Virus record (IMG/VR): IMGVR_UViG_3300033388_005412
Coordinates: 139,295 to 203,294 of that record
Reading direction: 5' to 3' (one strand)
From: a virus
Lineage: Duplodnaviria > Caudoviricetes
Length of the DNA stretch: 64,000 nucleotides
Part shown: in pieces, positions 63,379-64,000 of the stretch
How the letters are laid out: each line of letters opens with the position of its first letter
How positions within the stretch are numbered: the first letter of the stretch is position 1
Notes under the pieces: generated by a model
Seen by the model: only the letters and a program-made list of their open reading frames with translations
Database searches by the model: none
What the model was told of the DNA's origin: nothing
Program-made: the position numbers and the translations under genes

Positions 63379-64000
63379 ATGTTTTCAAAAAGAAACAAAT
63401 TTGGTAAATGGGAAACTTTGTATATTACAAAGGATGAGGAAAATGAAGTAAGAGAAATTGCGCTGAAAAATAATTTAGAACTACTGGCTATATTAAAAAA
63501 TCCCACACACCTTCGTGATATATGTAAAACTTTGCCGGATGATGACGTAGCAAATATGTCTGAAATTTTAACAACTCTATCAGAACCGGAAATACTTGCA
63601 ATATTCAGCACGGTGTCTAAACATTATCATTTCAGAGCTGAGGATTATGTTGATTGGAAATTTATAACAGGTCAGAGTTTCAAGAAACCGCCGAAACCGA
63701 AGGTTAAAGAAAAGGTTGATACATTATGAATATTAGAGGACTAGATGAAAACAGTTAAAAAAACCACAAGTGATGGATTTGAATACGAAACCACAAGCAG
63801 TGGTAAACTTATTTGCCCATCTTGTGGAAAACCGATGACATTTTTAACACAGGAGTTGTATAATACATTAAAATGGGACTGGACTAACAAAGAACATACA
63901 TATCAGACCAGCCAGGATTTGGGCGGCGCTGATAAAATCAAATGCGGACATTGCGATGCGTCATTAAGCAATGAATATGATGATATACTAGGATGTTAAT
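63379..64000 (+). other. two hypothetical genes (63379-63729; 63745 to window edge, CxxC pairs)
   Basis: TAAATG junction, GAGGA SD. Confidence 0.55.

Noticed and set aside
3890-63611. Most minus-strand ORFs in the track beyond 3 kb (e.g. 7572-7958, 20171-20638, 40158-40586, 50669-51136)
   Set aside because: Antisense shadows of SD-supported + strand genes, with Phe/Ile/Ser-rich composition and no SD
1-64000. Diversity-generating retroelement or retron
   Set aside because: No reverse transcriptase and no repeat pair with adenine-specific mismatches seen; the 18303/38445 duplication differs at all base types

Overview
Gene-dense segment of a large bacteriophage genome (bacterial AGGAGG ribosome-binding sites, overlapping ATGA/TAATG junctions, no virion structural genes in this window). 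A short left end carries the 3' part of a RecD2-like helicase converging with a leftward operon (Rnl1-type RNA ligase, AAA+ ATPase). From about 3.2 kb almost everything is on the + strand: well over 100 small ORFs, plus recognisable accessory genes (HIRAN, YopX x2, Lar-like, RNase H-like, macrodomain, DUF1566, sigma-70-like factor, Mrp-like ATPase, radical SAM, PncA, GIY-YIG, PncB, MazG-like, HNH, Thg1-like) and one canonical tRNA-Gln(UUG). Two things stand out. (1) Two paralogous ~650-aa proteins (8037-10022, 32833-34779) carry, in one chain, the beta-like (GxK...KxLI...D-hh-V-P) and beta'-like (R-x-P, GGD[FY]DGDQ) catalytic motifs of two-barrel RNA polymerases. They look like unusually small single-subunit RNAPs, and three separately translated, order-shuffled microgenes derived from them sit at 6017-6831. 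(2) A family of non-canonical cloverleaf (tRNA-like) ncRNAs with covarying stems lies directly downstream of three of four spoVG paralogs and upstream of the sigma factor gene; one displays a tRNA-Gly(UCC)-type anticodon loop on an elongated arm. All assignments come from motif reading and manual folding; no database search or folding software was run.
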